Below, piece after piece: positions 1 to 10,650 of a stretch of 64,000 nt of DNA. The DNA lies in NCBI GenBank assembly GCA_000002445.1, contig CP000071.1, positions 2,048,001-2,112,000 of the forward strand, written 5' to 3'. Position numbers and translations under genes: made by a program. The DNA comes from Trypanosoma brucei. Its lineage: Eukaryota. The first letter of the stretch is position 1, and each line of letters opens with the position of its first letter. The notes beneath the pieces were generated by a model. That model worked only from the letters and a program-made list of their open reading frames with translations, did no database searches and had not been told where the DNA came from.

Positions 1-574
1 TGAAGAAAAGAGAATTGTTTATCAAAATTAAAGTAAAAGAGATAAAGGGGAAAGGTAATAATATTTTGTTCTCTTGTTGTTTTTCATGCTCTTTTTTGTT
101 CTCTTCTTGTTGTTTTTTTTTAAAGATGCTGTCTTTCCACAGTCTTGCCATCACACACATGTATGCGTACGTGTAGGTCCAAATTCATTTGTTCTCTTAT
201 TTTTTGCATGTGCGGACGTTGCATGCAGGGGGGAACCCGTATGCGGGTCCGCAACATTTTGTTGTTATTATACTTTATCTCCGATCACCACCATGGATCA
301 TCAGTGTGGCTGAGTGGGCTGCAATACTTCTCTTCTGTTTTCTCTCTACCTTTTCTTTCTTCGCTACATGTGACTTTCCCACAGTCTCCCAGGGGAAAAG
401 AGGGAGAACAACAACAAAAAAAAATAAAACAAACAAACAAACAAACAAAGGCACAAGGAACGGATCCTCCTCTTTTTTGTTTTGGTTTTTGAGGAAAAGA
501 TCTATTTTAAACATATAGCCGAGACGCTAAAGTGGGTGGTACAACCGCAAACATATAAGGGGGCAGAGAGGCAT

Positions 575-606
575 TATTTTTTTCTTTTCATTTTGCTTCG
601 TTTCGT
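575..606 (+). promoter_or_regulatory. Polypyrimidine tract followed by AG: putative SL trans-splice acceptor region for the downstream kinase gene
   Basis: T/C run 'ttttttcttttcattttgcttcgtttcgtt' about 65 nt upstream of the ATG at 672. This is the typical trypanosomatid pre-mRNA processing signal, assigned from established knowledge and not proven here. Confidence 0.3.
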
Positions 607-671
607 TAAAAGGTACAATAGGAAGAGGATTATTTGATCAGGAACCACACACACAAGAAGGTGAATAACAC

Positions 672-1994
672 ATGACCGCGCACAAACGTGCAACAAACGG
701 GGATAATGGACTACCCGTGCCGCCTGTGGACGATGACTCTGAAATTGAAGATCCTCTTGAAGGCATCCTTGGCTCTCGCACCGGTTGCAGGTATGTCAAA
801 AAAAAGCTGTTGGGTCAAGGAAGTTTTGGAAGCGTGTGGCGGGTGGAGGAAACGGCGACAGGGTCGATCTTTGCAGCAAAGGTGATGGATACAAACAATA
901 TGAGCGCGAAGGACCGTGGTTTTGTTATAAATGAGGTTAAATGCCTTTCACGCTGCAACAACGCAAATATTATACGCCACCATGCCTCATTCAACCGCGG
1001 TGGGATGCTGCTCATCATCGCGGAGTATGCCGACGGTGGCGACCTCTGCAGGCAAATCAAGGTGCGGCAGCACGCAGGACGGCACTTCAAGGAGCATGAA
1101 GTGTTATACATATTTCTGCAACTATGTCTTGCATTGGATCACATCCACGGCAATAACATGATGCACCGCGACCTTAAGTCTGCCAACGTACTGCTTACCA
1201 CAATGGGCCTTGTGAAGTTGGGTGACTTTGGCTTCAGTCGTCAATACGAGGACTCGCTGTCAAATCCTGTTGGCACTACTTTCTGTGGGACGCCATATTA
1301 TTTGAGCCCCGAACTCTGGCGCCGCGCGCCGTACAGCAAAAAGAGTGAAATGTGGGCTCTTGGTGTGGTGTTGTATGAAGTGATGATGTTGAAGCGACCT
1401 TTTGGTGGACGTAATATGGATGAGCTCATCAACAATATTGTCCATGCCCGCCGCGCCCCGCTTCCAAATATGTACTCGGATGAACTGCGTCGAGTGTGTG
1501 ATCAGTTGCTTTCTCTCGATCCAGCTAAACGGCCGTCACTGCGACAGCTCTTCCAACAGCCTTTCATTCGCCGTGGCTTAGACTCACTGCGACGAAGTGT
1601 GGAGACGCACAAAAAAATTCCACCAAGAACCTTCAGCGAGATTGCACGAAACATTGATGAGGTGTTGAGACCTGGTCTCCCGGAGTATCGGGGGAGTAGT
1701 GTAACGCCTCATCGTGGGATGTTGCAACGTCACACCGCGGATCGTGGTTGGAAGGATTGCGAGCTTTCACTAAACGCTGGCGGTGTTTCAATGCGAGATG
1801 TAGAAACTGGTGGCGTTGAAACGGTGAATCTTGAAACCCTCACATCCGTCTGTCCCGTAGACGCGGCAACCGCTCAGGAGAAATATGTTTTCGCTCTTAA
1901 GAATCAAACAGGAAAGGCGTATTGGTTTAAGGACCTTGCAGAGGATTCATACGATTATTGGATTTCCGCCCTTCAGAAAGCCATATCGCATTGA
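672..1994 (+). CDS. Ser/Thr protein kinase, NIMA-related (NEK) type, with a C-terminal PH-like domain
   Basis: ATG-initiated 440-aa ORF. Gly-loop 'LGQGSFGSVW', VAIK-like 'AAKVMD', catalytic loop 'HRDLKSANVLL', 'DFGFSR', 'GTPYYLSPE'. C-terminus 'KYVFALKNQTGKAYWFKDLAEDSYDYWISALQKAI' resembles a PH-domain C-terminal helix. Confidence 0.85.
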   Translation: MTAHKRATNGDNGLPVPPVDDDSEIEDPLEGILGSRTGCRYVKKKLLGQGSFGSVWRVEETATGSIFAAKVMDTNNMSAKDRGFVINEVKCLSRCNNANIIRHHASFNRGGMLLIIAEYADGGDLCRQIKVRQHAGRHFKEHEVLYIFLQLCLALDHIHGNNMMHRDLKSANVLLTTMGLVKLGDFGFSRQYEDSLSNPVGTTFCGTPYYLSPELWRRAPYSKKSEMWALGVVLYEVMMLKRPFGGRNMDELINNIVHARRAPLPNMYSDELRRVCDQLLSLDPAKRPSLRQLFQQPFIRRGLDSLRRSVETHKKIPPRTFSEIARNIDEVLRPGLPEYRGSSVTPHRGMLQRHTADRGWKDCELSLNAGGVSMRDVETGGVETVNLETLTSVCPVDAATAQEKYVFALKNQTGKAYWFKDLAEDSYDYWISALQKAISH

Positions 1995-3962
1995 GTGGTT
2001 CCCTCTTTTTTGTTTTTTTTTTTCTTGTCCTTCTTCTTCCTTTTTTTTCCCCCATCTTTTTTCCCTCTTTCATTTCTTCTTTCAGTTTTGTGGCATTTGG
2101 TGTGTAATGATTGGAACGTTGGAACACAAGACGAGTTGAAATGACAAGAAAATATGTCTTTAGTTTTAGCCCCATTTCCCCTCAGTAAAAAAAAAAAAGT
2201 CTATCAAAAGCAGCGTTACCGGTGGATGAGAGGTGCTTTCTTTTTCTTTTTTTTCTTTTTTTCTTTTCTTTCTTTTTTTTTCTTTTTTTTTTTTTACTGG
2301 AAACACAAGGGTAATAATTAGCAAAAAAAAAAAAGATGACAAATAATATTGGAAACATTTGTTTTAAATGTATACATGACCAGAATTTTCTTCTGTTTTT
2401 TTTTCTTTTTACCGCGTGCCCTTATGCATGGAAATGGGAAATTACCAATTACACTTACTGCACACATGTTAATCGGATAAAGGAAGGGTTGAGGAAAAGA
2501 AACAAATAAATAGCACTCGAGCGAAAGAGAAAAAGTAAAATAAAATAAAATAAAATAGAAAGAAAATAAATAAATAAAAGAGATGCAAGAATTAAAATGA
2601 AAACGATAATAACACTTACAGTTCCGATGAAACGGAGGGAATGTATAATAAATAGCGAAAACAAAAGATGAGGGGACAAAAAGTAATGTTACAGATTACA
2701 AATCAAACATTACTTGAAGGATGAGGAAAATTTGTTGTTGTTGTTTTTGTTGTTTCGCATTGCTGGAAGAAGAGGGGAAAAAAAGCAATGGGAAATTAGA
2801 AAGTAGGAATGAAATGAAATGAAATGAAATGAAATAAAAGCAAAAGGGAAACCGTATACGTGTTTAACCGGTGTATTTCAAGGGATTTAACAAGGAGCAA
2901 AATTACATCCATAAAAGAAAACGGACAAACAAATCATAAGGAATAGGGGAAAAGAAAAAAGGAAGAAGAAAAAAGAAAAAGGAAGCAGCATTTAACGGAT
3001 TAATGCTTACATTCATATTTATATATATTTATTTCTTTTTTTTTTTTGATGTTGGGTTGGGTGACTGTATTTCCTTAATTTTCTTCTTTTTTTTTTTGTT
3101 TGTTTGGACAAAACCCATCAGGTTATATGCTCAGTACTGCTACCGTCATTACACTGGTGGTTTCTTTTGTTTCTTGTCTCATTTTCACTCAACCCCCGAT
3201 GTTCCATATTTCACCTTTTGTTGTTTTTGCTGCTGTTTTGTTTTTTTTTTCCTTCTTTTTTTTAAAAAAATTTTATCTTACCTTATCTTATCTTATCTTT
3301 TTTTCTCTTTATTTGACTTGTCTTATTTATGCTTATTTGCTGCGACTGTTTCTTGTTTGTTTTGTTTTGCATTTTTTTTTTCACCTCTTTATTCTTCTTT
3401 AGCAGGCGTTGTTTATTATTTCATTTGGTCTCATTCCTAAGCGTATAACTTGTGCATGTGTGTAGAGGCGTGGCGGACAATCTTTTTCTCTTTTTTTTTT
3501 CTTATTATTCTGTGTTGTATTTTCACTGTTGTTTTATATCTTCTTGTTTATTAATGAATTTGACTAGATGGGGGAAATAAACCGAAACTTATGAATGAAT
3601 AAATGGAGTGAATTTCCCAACAACGACGAAAGCGATCATGTAAATATATTTGTGCACTTGTATGTAAAAAAATAAATAAATAAATAATAATAATAATAGT
3701 ATATATAAAAGGGAGGAGAAAAGGAAACAATTGTTGTATTTATATTGCTTCCTCAACATGAGAAGGAGGTGTTGACTGAAAAAAATTCCAAAAATAAAAA
3801 TAAAAAGATAAAATAAAATAGAAGAGGGAAGTGTGCAATGGTAAAGGGTGTAAAGGGAAAATAGCGATAGAAAGTCGTAGTGTTCGGTGCCACCGTAATT
3901 CTCCTTTTGCTTATTTGCTTTTTAATTTTTACTTTTTACTTTTTTGACTTGTTTTGTTTTGT

Positions 3963-3963
<1 letters not shown>

Positions 3964-4008
<45 letters not shown>
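3964..4008. repeat. (TTG)n microsatellite, about 15 units
   Basis: Perfect 'ttgttgttg...' run seen directly. Confidence 0.95.
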
Positions 4009-4011
<3 letters not shown>

Positions 4012-4306
4012 TTTGGTCTAGCGTATACGTACATATGTTATATGTATCGCCATATGGAGAAGAAGAAAAAAAGGGGGGAAAAGGAACATTCCGTATAACT
4101 CAATTTCTGCTCGTACAGGCATTTGTGTTTTCTTTTTTTATTGTTTTTATTGTTTTGTTGTTTGTGTTTTGCGTGTGTCCGAATTCGGCTCATCGTACCT
4201 TTGGTTACTGTGGGCTTTTGTTGTGTATTCTTCGCGTTGCGGATTCCTTTTTTTTTTGTTTTGTTTTGTTTCTTGCTGCGGTTTCGTCTTTGGCTGACTT
4301 GTGACC

Positions 4307-4326
4307 TCCCCCCCCCCCCCACCCCC
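4307..4326. repeat. poly-C homopolymer tract (C13 A C5)
   Basis: 'cccccccccccccacccc' seen directly. Confidence 0.95.
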
Positions 4327-5437
4327 TCACCATTTGTTTCTTGGATGCTTTTAATCCTTCATTTTTTTCTTTCTTTTTTTTTTTCCTTTCATTCCCCATG
4401 ATGGATGTGATGTGATATCTTTCCATCACTTACACTCTCCCAACCAAATCGTCACCGCGCTCATGAAAGAACTGCTTCGTGTTCTCCTCAGAGTGTTGTT
4501 GTTTTTTATTTTTGTTGTTTTTTTTTGTTTTTGCTGTTGCTTAATCCTTAGTGTTTTATCTTTACATAAGTTTTTTTTGTGTGTGTGTATATGCGTGGAT
4601 TTCAAAGAAAATGGAAAACAAATACATGATTGAAGAGATGCTAAGACGATGTGTCTTCCGCCCTTTCATTTCACTTCATGTTTGTTTGCTGTGTTGTTGT
4701 TGTTGTTGTTGTTTTCTTCTTCGTCCTCGCCCGTCTGTTGTTTGTTTGTTTTTTTTTCTTTTGGTTGTTGTTGTTGTTATACGTCTCTCTTTCTTCCCAC
4801 CGGTACACTTGAAATGAATGGAATAGTTCCGGTGTGCTCAGGCATGAGTGAGAAAATAAACAAAAAGCGGATGAATGCCACGGATGTGCACTCTCATTCG
4901 CTTTTTAAAGGTGCGCATTCCCAATGTTGCGGGTTTGTGTGTGCTCTTCCGGTCCCCCGTAATTCTCCTTTATTTCAACATCTTTCTTTCTCTTCAACAC
5001 TTGTTTGTCTTTTGTGCGTGTGTGTTTGGTTTTGGTTTTGGTTTTGGTTTTTTTTTGTGCCTCAACGTGTTTCTGCGACGCGCTCCGGCACAATAGACGA
5101 GGAAGAAAGGAAGACACTCAAGCAGAAAAACAGCACGGTGGAACTACGAGAGGAGTTTCCAGCTCTTGTCCCGAAAATTTGCTACATTTCGTTGAAGTAA
5201 GGAGACACAAAAGAAAAAAAAGAAGGAAGTAGAGCAAAGCAAACGGCAGCGAGAACGTCCCACTGATTCTTCTTTGCTTCGCGACTGTACTGGAAAACTG
5301 TTGAAAAGAAGAACATAACATCACAGTGAACTGCATACGCTGTCCTTTCCTCCCTTGCAAAGTTGTGGAAGTCGCGAGTAACATTTTTTCTTTCCGTCTT
5401 TATATACGCATTGAGTTTCACGACACCAACCGTCGCG

Positions 5438-6808
5438 ATGGATTACGTTAGCGAATTGTACGCCATGATCCGCGTACGGTGGCAGATGCGGAGGATGGCG
5501 GGGGAATTGCAGGCGGACGACGAGGACCTCCGTTTCTGTTATGATGTGCTGCGTGACGTGTCGCGCTCCTTCGCTCTCGTCATTATGCAACTGAAAGCTG
5601 CTCTTCGTGATGCTGTATGTGTTTTTTATCTCGTTCTGCGAGCCCTTGACACGGTGGAGGATGACATGCAACTGCCGCTTGAGTTCAAACTGCGGGAACT
5701 TCCGCTTTTTCATACGCGGCTGCACGATCACACGTGGCGGTTGGATGGAGTCGGTGAGGGTCGAGAACGGGAGTTGCTTCAGAAATTCCCTCATGTTTCA
5801 GCCGCCTTCTCCCGCCTGGACCCGTCATTTCAAAGTGTGATTGAAGACATATGCAGACGGATGGCTGATGGCATGTGCGACTTCCTCCAGCGCACCGACA
5901 CCTGCAAAGCAAATAACAAAGAAATCAGTGAGGATAATTGTCATGATGGCAAAAGTGAGAAGAGTGCTGTGGAGACTCGGGAGGACTTTGATTTGTACTG
6001 TCACTACGTTGCCGGTCTGGTGGGACTTGGACTCACGCAACTTTTCGTTCGAAGTGGTCTTGAGAAGGCGGCACTTGAGGAAAACATGACGCGCGCCAAC
6101 CACATGGGTCTATTGCTGCAGAAAACGAATATTATTCGCGACTTCTACGAGGACATTTGTGAGAGCCCGCCTCGCGTGTTTTGGCCGCGCGAAATATGGG
6201 GACAGTACACCGACGACCTCCATGCATTTAAGGGAATAACGCGACCGACCAATGGATCTAATGACACCGCTTGCGGTGAAGGTAGAAAGTATAGTGACGA
6301 AGAAAAGGAGATCATTAAGTCCAAGGCGGTGGATTGCCTTAACGCGATGGTGGCAGACGCCCTGGTGCATTTACCACCAGTTATCGAATACCTCGCAGAG
6401 CTGCGTGATCCCACTGTTTTTGCATTTTGCGCAATCCCGCAGGTGATGGCTGTGGCGACATTAGCACTGGTCTTTGACAACCCTGATGTGTTCCATAGCA
6501 GGGTGAAGCTCACGCGTGGCGCCACGTGTAAAATCATCCACAACGCCACCGAGTTGTCTGCTGCGCTGAAGCTCGTGAGGACATATGCTCAAAAGTTACT
6601 TGCAAGCGCGCATGCCGGCGTTGCCAGCCATGAGGCGGTAGCGCAGTCCCTGCAGGTTGCCATTAAGACAATGGATGAGCAGGTGTTGCGACACAATACC
6701 AAGCTGGTGGAAGGACCGACACGGCGAGTGCTGGCGCAGTATTCCGCATTGGGAGGCGGGCTTCTGCTCAAAGTTGTCGACGGTGTCTTCGGTTATTTGG
6801 GCAGGTGA
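5438..6808 (+). CDS. SQS: Squalene synthase (farnesyl-diphosphate farnesyltransferase)
   Basis: Asp-rich substrate motifs 'RALDTVEDDM' and 'NIIRDFYEDI', and 'YCHYVAGLVGLGLTQLF', are characteristic of the squalene/phytoene synthase family. The C-terminal hydrophobic tail fits an ER anchor. The track ORF starts at a TTG (5363); the first in-frame ATG is 5438. Confidence 0.85.
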   Translation: MDYVSELYAMIRVRWQMRRMAGELQADDEDLRFCYDVLRDVSRSFALVIMQLKAALRDAVCVFYLVLRALDTVEDDMQLPLEFKLRELPLFHTRLHDHTWRLDGVGEGRERELLQKFPHVSAAFSRLDPSFQSVIEDICRRMADGMCDFLQRTDTCKANNKEISEDNCHDGKSEKSAVETREDFDLYCHYVAGLVGLGLTQLFVRSGLEKAALEENMTRANHMGLLLQKTNIIRDFYEDICESPPRVFWPREIWGQYTDDLHAFKGITRPTNGSNDTACGEGRKYSDEEKEIIKSKAVDCLNAMVADALVHLPPVIEYLAELRDPTVFAFCAIPQVMAVATLALVFDNPDVFHSRVKLTRGATCKIIHNATELSAALKLVRTYAQKLLASAHAGVASHEAVAQSLQVAIKTMDEQVLRHNTKLVEGPTRRVLAQYSALGGGLLLKVVDGVFGYLGR

Positions 6809-8482
6809 AAAAGTCCTCGTGTAAATACACTTACGTGACCAAATATATTTGTTTCACTATTTATTTGGTGTCGATTTTTCCAATGTTGTATATATATATA
6901 TTTATATATATATAGCATGTGTTCGTTCGGTCCCCACCCCATCTCCTTGCTTTTTTTATATTATATTCTATTTTTTTTATTTTTTTCTCTTTTAATCGTG
7001 TTTTGAAACCTCCCACTGCTGGAGAATTGTGCGTTTCTCGACCAATTCGGGGGAAGAAACGAAATAAAGAAGAATTATATAAATATATATATATATATAT
7101 AAAGTGAGATTTTGTGGGTATAACTTGGATATGGATTGTTCAAAAGAATCTGATAGACGGAAGACACTCGCAAAATGACCTCAGTGAAAGTGAACGTGCC
7201 TTACTGTATGTTAGTAAAGAGGGAAACGTAAAGTAGAATTTGAAGTCGAGGAAGAAAAAAGTGAAGAGGCAATGAGTGTGCTAAAAAGAGAGGAAAAGAG
7301 AAGGAGAGTTTAGTTGAGGTAATGATTTTTGTACGGTCGTTAACTTTTATATATTTTACCTTTTTTATTATTATTATTATTTTTTTTTTGTTTACTCTCC
7401 TGGCGCCTCTGTATGTGCTTACTTACCTATTACCCTTTTTGTGTTTACATTCTCCGATTTTCCTAGCGGAGAAAAAAGTGCTTCAACCAAAGGAAGAGAG
7501 AAAGCACGGCACCAAAGCAAAAAGGAAGAAATGAGAGGGAAAAAAATGTAGTAATTGTTTGAAGTTAAGAAAAAAGAAAGTTTCAAGGTGCGTTGCGGTG
7601 CCTCAACTTTACCGGGTGGTTGAAAGGGAATAGCGCCTTTTTCTTTTTTTTTTTTGTTTGTGGCTCTCTTTTTCCAGACCATTTGTTAGAAACGGAAACA
7701 GTAGGTACAGTCCTGCTATTTTTTTTTTCATTGTGTTGATGTGGTTTTCCTTATTTCATTCCACTAACTCCCAACACTCTCCATCCTGGTCCAAATGAGA
7801 AGAACAAGGTGTCGAAAGCATTTTTTTAAAAAAAAACTACTATCAAGCGAAACTATTGCAACTGTTTCTGTCCCACTTTATTAATCCAATCCCATTTTAT
7901 GTTTTAGTATACGGTTAGGATCAATATCATGTGGTGTCGTGATGGGGAATCTGTGCGTTCTCATACCCGTAAAACTGAGATGGTGACGGATAGAACAGAA
8001 AATTTGTATTAAGAACCGATACGCAAGCTTTTTTGTACTCTCCACTGCGGCTAAAAAGAGACGCCAGAACAGTCTCGTCGGAACTTGGGATACGAACTTT
8101 CCTTCTGATCGTGTATTATTACCCATGTTGTTCTTGTTCTTATCCTTCTCGCTGCCGTCGCGTAAGCGTTGCGTTTGAAGGGACGGAATTTTCTTGTCAT
8201 TTGGAATCATGCGATTTAATGGCGGAGGTTGTTGGTGACTTCATATGTATTCGCTATGAATGACTGCATGTGGTTTATGCATCTCCATGTCACTCACATA
8301 GTGCCTGAGTAGATGCTCCATCACCGCATTTCGCCGGCACGAAATGACGGCAATAGCGTAATGTGGTAATCGCCGTTGCACCTTTACCTCTGGAATGTAA
8401 CCCGTTCCCCTAACACATCCGTCTTTGTTGCTGTCCCTCATGTTTTTTTTCTCCACGATGTCCTTTAGATTAGGGCAGCTTT

Positions 8483-9112
8483 ATGAACGCACTAAGCGGG
8501 AAGTTCACATGCGCTGTCCTACTAACTAGTGACCCTTCTGCGGTGGGATCATCGACCAAGGTTTCGGTAGGGGTTCAAAATATTGCAGTAGTCCTTCAGC
8601 ACCAGGAAAATGATATTCCACTGATAGAATCCGTTGCTTCACATATTCAGCGTTTCTGCGCTATATACAATATATCATGCGTCGACTGCGGCCGTGACAT
8701 CGCAAGTTTGTTGAAGGAGTCTGCACATGTTGTAGTCGTTCGCTGCGAGGATCGTGCAGCGACTGGGGAAGTTTCCACTCAGCTGCTGCAGCAGACAAGT
8801 GAACCAATTGTTATTGTGTTGGAGATTGACTGCAGCTCCCCCTCGAAATGGGATATCAGAGATAGTGAATCAAACAGTGGATGGAAATGGCTGCAACCCA
8901 CACCAAGTTGTTTGGCTGAGTTGCAGAAGCATGGCGGTTGCAGCAGTGGGGTATGGCTCCAGGCGGCAATGAGATGCTCAAAACCGGTCGTGCGGGTGCA
9001 GCTGCCACCGTCATCACAAACGTCAGTACCGTGGGCTTCAGCCGTGACGTTGGATGGGCTCATGCGGGAAGTGGGGTATAAAGTGGGATGTTTACCGAAA
9101 TACGGCTCGTAG
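8483..9112 (+). CDS. Hypothetical protein (209 aa), no recognisable domain
   Basis: ATG-initiated ORF in the same orientation as the flanking polycistron, with non-repetitive composition. No motif recognised. Confidence 0.4.
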   Translation: MNALSGKFTCAVLLTSDPSAVGSSTKVSVGVQNIAVVLQHQENDIPLIESVASHIQRFCAIYNISCVDCGRDIASLLKESAHVVVVRCEDRAATGEVSTQLLQQTSEPIVIVLEIDCSSPSKWDIRDSESNSGWKWLQPTPSCLAELQKHGGCSSGVWLQAAMRCSKPVVRVQLPPSSQTSVPWASAVTLDGLMREVGYKVGCLPKYGS

Positions 9113-9354
9113 TTGTTGATCACAGCAAAGAATGCCGTACAATTGAAAAAATCTCGGACTAAGCGGACTTTCCTGGTGTACCGCCACCAAAGGGGCGCGT
9201 GTATCCGCTATCTTCACTTTTTGCACTCCTTGCTTTCCTCACACAGAGGTCGCGTTTAAAGGCTGGGACGTCCATCCGTAGTGACTATCAGGGCGTCCCT
9301 TTCTCTAATTCCACGGATGAAAATGCGTTTTGCGGGTTGGCGCACTTTGGTGTG

Positions 9355-10650
9355 ATGTGCTGGACGCAAATATGCCCTGCGCGTCCGTCTCCTGAGCAGC
9401 CCTTGCTGGAGCAGCAACAAGATCTGTCGAACGATCCCCTTCTCTTACGTTCTCTAGGGATGAGGACAAGGCGTCGTAGGTCACAGGTTTATGCTTTCAC
9501 ACTTGCAGTCCTCATTGCAATATCATGTTTGGTAGTGTGTTGTGATCTCTTCTTTCTTAGCGTTATCCATTTACCGTTAGAAGAGGAAAAGGCGTCTGCA
9601 CCTATCAACGTGGACGAGTGCCTGAGGCTCACTGCCCCGAGCACCGTCAGCATTTGGCAAGAGCGTGAGTTTCTAGTGATTGTTGGCATACCCTCTGTTG
9701 ATAGGGACGAGTGGCAGAAGCGACGGAACCTTCAACGGCGGACTTGTTGGCAATACGCTGGCGTGGCTACCTTAGAAAACAACTTTACAGGTGAGCTTCT
9801 CCCGCTGTACCTCCTCGCACCACATCAATTAAACGGGTACGAAATCTCAGAATCGCTGCGGGATGAGGCTTCACGAACAAATGACGTGGTTATGCTTCCA
9901 ACCAATGATGTGTGCTCGTTTTCACGAAGGAAAATTGGTGAAGGTGGAAGCTGGGGAGTTGAGTCAGAGCTTGTGATGAGCCGCAAGACCTTCCTTTGGC
10001 TTCAGTTTGCCGTTACCGCCTTTCCAAATGTAAGTTATATTGTGAAAGGTGACGACGATGTGTTTGTCCGTGTACCGCAGTATCTCGCGGACCTCCGTGT
10101 GATGCCTCGTAATGGATTATATATGGGCCGTGTCTATGGTGCCACATTCTTCTGGAGGTCGGGTGGGATACCATTCGCTGCAGGATACTTCACTACCTTT
10201 TCCAGGGATGTTGCAGAAGCTGTTGCCTCCTACAGGCCTCTTGAACGACTTTTGAAGGCACCCTACTCCATATGGCGTATGAGGCAGTACCTTTCCATGA
10301 GTGTGTTGCATGAGGATGTAATGACCGCTTTAGTGCTGCAAGATAAGATCAGGTATAAGGGCCTGATTATTGTTGACGCCGCACCTTGTCACTTTCATAA
10401 CGCAGGCAAGAAAGGTATCAGAGCATCCTTAATTGATGAGTACGTAGTAGTCCACCATATAAAGGAAAATGACTACGAGGTCCTTATGAACCATTTTGCT
10501 GATATTGCGGTGCAGCCTAAGCCATCAAAAGTCATGTGGAGAAGTGAAAACTATGCAGTCATGCAGTGTTTTGCGACTCTAAGACTAAGGAGAAGTGCGT
10601 TGCTCGCTCTTTTATCTGCGTTAGGTACTACTTTCCGTCGGCACCCTTAG
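9355..10650 (+). CDS. UDP-Gal/UDP-GlcNAc-dependent glycosyltransferase (GT31-like, beta-1,3-GalT/GnT fold), tandem copy 1
   Basis: 'YIVKGDDDVFVRVP' matches the GT31 (I/V)KxDDDVFV DxD motif. Type-II signal-anchor 'MRTRRRRSQVYAFTLAVLIAISCLVV' (ATG at 9460; first in-frame ATG at 9355; track start 9199 is GTG). The catalytic core is nearly identical to the two downstream copies. Confidence 0.8.
   Translation: MCWTQICPARPSPEQPLLEQQQDLSNDPLLLRSLGMRTRRRRSQVYAFTLAVLIAISCLVVCCDLFFLSVIHLPLEEEKASAPINVDECLRLTAPSTVSIWQEREFLVIVGIPSVDRDEWQKRRNLQRRTCWQYAGVATLENNFTGELLPLYLLAPHQLNGYEISESLRDEASRTNDVVMLPTNDVCSFSRRKIGEGGSWGVESELVMSRKTFLWLQFAVTAFPNVSYIVKGDDDVFVRVPQYLADLRVMPRNGLYMGRVYGATFFWRSGGIPFAAGYFTTFSRDVAEAVASYRPLERLLKAPYSIWRMRQYLSMSVLHEDVMTALVLQDKIRYKGLIIVDAAPCHFHNAGKKGIRASLIDEYVVVHHIKENDYEVLMNHFADIAVQPKPSKVMWRSENYAVMQCFATLRLRRSALLALLSALGTTFRRHP

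Larger units (their letters stand above)
2000..5360. repeat. 3.4-kb ORF-free, pyrimidine-rich low-complexity intergenic region packed with microsatellites
   Basis: Contains (TAAAA)n around 2530-2556, (GAAAT)6 at 2806-2836, (TTG)15 at 3964-4008, poly-C at 4307-4326, (GGTTT)n at 5016-5048, and long T runs. All ORFs here translate to poly-F/L/C low-complexity peptides. Confidence 0.8.

Noticed and set aside
3003..5200. Multiple 70-180-aa ORFs in the 2-5.4 kb spacer (for example 3003..3440, 3954..4304, 4649..5200)
   Set aside because: Their translations are poly-F/L/C/V low-complexity from microsatellites and T-runs. Several have non-ATG starts in the track.
5321..5794. 157-aa minus-strand ORF overlapping the squalene synthase 5' end
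   Set aside because: It is antisense to a well-supported gene, has no motifs, and is opposite to the polycistron direction.
7881..8210. 109-aa minus-strand ORF in the squalene synthase downstream spacer
   Set aside because: It is opposite to the polycistron direction, has no motif, and is flanked by (TA)n low complexity.
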